The notes below the pieces were generated by a model that worked only from the letters and a program-made list of their open reading frames with translations, was not told the origin of the DNA and ran no database searches. Positions 5,336-6,590 of a DNA stretch of 6,590 nt are shown piece after piece (the stretch's first letter is position 1; the number at the start of each line of letters is the position of its first letter). Location of the stretch: positions 1 through 6,590 of the forward strand of contig JAIXNB010000052.1 of NCBI GenBank assembly GCA_020697515.1, read 5' to 3'. The position numbers and the translations under genes are program-made. This DNA is from Nanobdellota archaeon. Its GTDB lineage: Archaea > Nanobdellota > Nanobdellia > Nanobdellales > Nanobdellaceae.

Positions 5336-5370
5336 AATATTTATAATAATGATTTATTAATAAAACAAGT
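5336..5370. promoter_or_regulatory. 35-bp divergent promoter region with two back-to-back TATA-like boxes
   Basis: TTTATAATAA (5340-5349) lies at -22 to -31 from the plus-strand ATG at 5371. TTTTATTAATAAA on the minus strand (5353-5365) lies at -18 to -30 from the minus-strand ATG at 5335. The gap leaves no room for 5' UTRs. Confidence 0.45.
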
Positions 5371-6306
5371 ATGTTAGATCTCATTGTTCTAATCGCAATT
5401 AGCGTGTTATTGATGATTGTAAGTTCAGATATTCTAGTAAAATCCATAATAGAATTTTCAAAAAAGATAGATTTTCCCCCTTATTTAATAACCTTTTTTT
5501 CTATATCTTTGGGATCCTCTCTGCCAGAAATATTAAATGCTATAATATTCTCCGTGAACAGACACCCTCAAATAGGATTATTTACAATCCTAAATAATTT
5601 GGTTATAGATTTTACATTGGTATTTGGATTAAGCATTCTCCTTTCAAGATCTCTTAAAGATCTTTATTTAAACAAACAGTATGTAATCGCAATGATTCTC
5701 GTTTATATATTATTTTTATTCTCTGTTTTAGATGGATATTTATCTATGACTGAAGGTATGATGTTATTTATATCTTATGGGATAACATTCACTTCTTTCA
5801 TAATAAAAAATATAGATAATTTGAAAGTTAAGAAATCCCTAGATATACCATTGAAGGATGGGTTGAAGTATTCCTTTATGATCGCAGCATCCATTTTTGT
5901 TCTGATAGTTAATGCAAACTTAATATATGTACTATCTATAATACTTATGAAACATTTTAGGATACCCTATTTCATAATTGGATATATATTGGGGTTTCTA
6001 ACAGTTATGCCGGAGTTTCTAGTAACACTAATATCTTATTTCTCCTTAAAAAGGGAAGATATTGCAATATTTAATCTATTTGGATCATTTATTACAGACT
6101 TAACTTTCGGCATTGGTATCTCTGCGGCGATTATTCCATTTTCCATAAAGATGCATATATTTTTATTGTATATTACCATGTTAGTGCTTTATATATCTAT
6201 GGTGTTATCAGATCTTGTTATAATTGGTAAAAAAATACCAAAAGAAGTAGGATTGTTATTAATCGGAGGCTACCTGATATACTCTTTTATATATCTATCT
6301 TGGTGA
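5371..6306 (+). CDS. CaCA-family cation/Ca2+ exchanger (YrbG / NCX_Mj-like), about 10 transmembrane (TM) segments, 311 aa
   Basis: Hydrophobic throughout, with a central polar loop (aa ~145-165) splitting two halves. Alpha-1 repeat GSSLPE (aa 48-53, nt 5512-5529, verified). Alpha-2 repeat LTVMPE (aa 210-215). GSFITD in the second half corresponds to GS.I.D of alpha-2. Size and layout match archaeal NCX-type exchangers. Confidence 0.7.
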   Translation: MLDLIVLIAISVLLMIVSSDILVKSIIEFSKKIDFPPYLITFFSISLGSSLPEILNAIIFSVNRHPQIGLFTILNNLVIDFTLVFGLSILLSRSLKDLYLNKQYVIAMILVYILFLFSVLDGYLSMTEGMMLFISYGITFTSFIIKNIDNLKVKKSLDIPLKDGLKYSFMIAASIFVLIVNANLIYVLSIILMKHFRIPYFIIGYILGFLTVMPEFLVTLISYFSLKREDIAIFNLFGSFITDLTFGIGISAAIIPFSIKMHIFLLYITMLVLYISMVLSDLVIIGKKIPKEVGLLLIGGYLIYSFIYLSW

Positions 6307-6530
6307 AAATAAGTTTTAGTCTAAACCTAATAATATAACTAATTATTATTGTATTATATTAGAGTGTCAGAATGTAGGGAGTTATATTTAGAACGCTCCC
6401 TGATGAAGTCTATATATTATGGAATGAGAGACCCCTTCATTATTGGGTATTTAGGATTAGCAGGAACAAAAACGTATAACGTGTTCTTTTGCATCATTTA
6501 ATTACTTCTGTAGTGTTTTGTTAGATAGCA

Positions 6531-6590
6531 ATGAAGCTCCCCTCAAAAACTCTTTACTCCGAAAGCCAGACAATAAAGTCAGAGGATGGA
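6531..6590 (+). CDS. Possible 5' end of a protein-coding gene running off the window (MKLPSKTLYSESQTIKSEDG...)
   Basis: ATG 6531 is preceded by an in-frame TAG at 6522-6524, and 20 codons remain open to the window edge. An A/T box CATTTAATTA lies at -27 to -36. A second frame is also open here, so this is weak. Confidence 0.25.
   Translation, partial: MKLPSKTLYSESQTIKSEDG

Noticed and set aside
6401-6445. TGATGA at 6401-6406 as the C box of a second C/D sRNA
   Set aside because: At the expected 12-nt spacings the D' and D positions read ATGG and ATTG, and the would-be C' is ATGAGA. There is no CTGA within range on this strand and no TGATGA on the opposite strand.
1-6590. CRISPR arrays, transposases/integrases, terminal inverted repeats or other signs of a mobile element
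   Set aside because: No regularly spaced direct repeats, no recombinase-like ORF and no flanking inverted or direct repeats were seen. The window's gene content looks chromosomal (r-protein, helicase, transporter).

Overview
AT-rich (about 30% GC by eye), gene-dense window that looks archaeal. It encodes ribosomal protein L35Ae/eL33 and K/E/I-rich proteins, and A/T boxes sit about 25-30 nt upstream of most start codons, which suggests leaderless mRNAs. The lineage may be a reduced or thermophilic archaeon, but I cannot verify that.

Minus strand: an Lhr-type DEXH helicase that stops right after its two RecA domains, a COG1407/PdeM-like metallophosphoesterase, L35Ae with a 33-aa C-terminal tail, a 576-aa protein with a minimal nucleotidyltransferase (NTase) motif followed by a HEPN-like helical domain carrying Rx4H, and a HIT-family protein. 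Plus strand: a CaCA-type cation/Ca2+ exchanger, a partial coiled-coil ORF at the left edge that is missing from the ORF track, and possibly a gene start at the right edge.

Three intergenic gaps are unusually long (1375-1678, 2693-3014, 6307-6530). The first holds a well-formed candidate C/D box sRNA.

The best candidate for something undescribed is the HIT + fused NTase-HEPN gene pair (3015-5335), where the HIT protein appears to lack its central nucleophilic histidine. All functional calls rest on motifs read by eye; no database search was possible.
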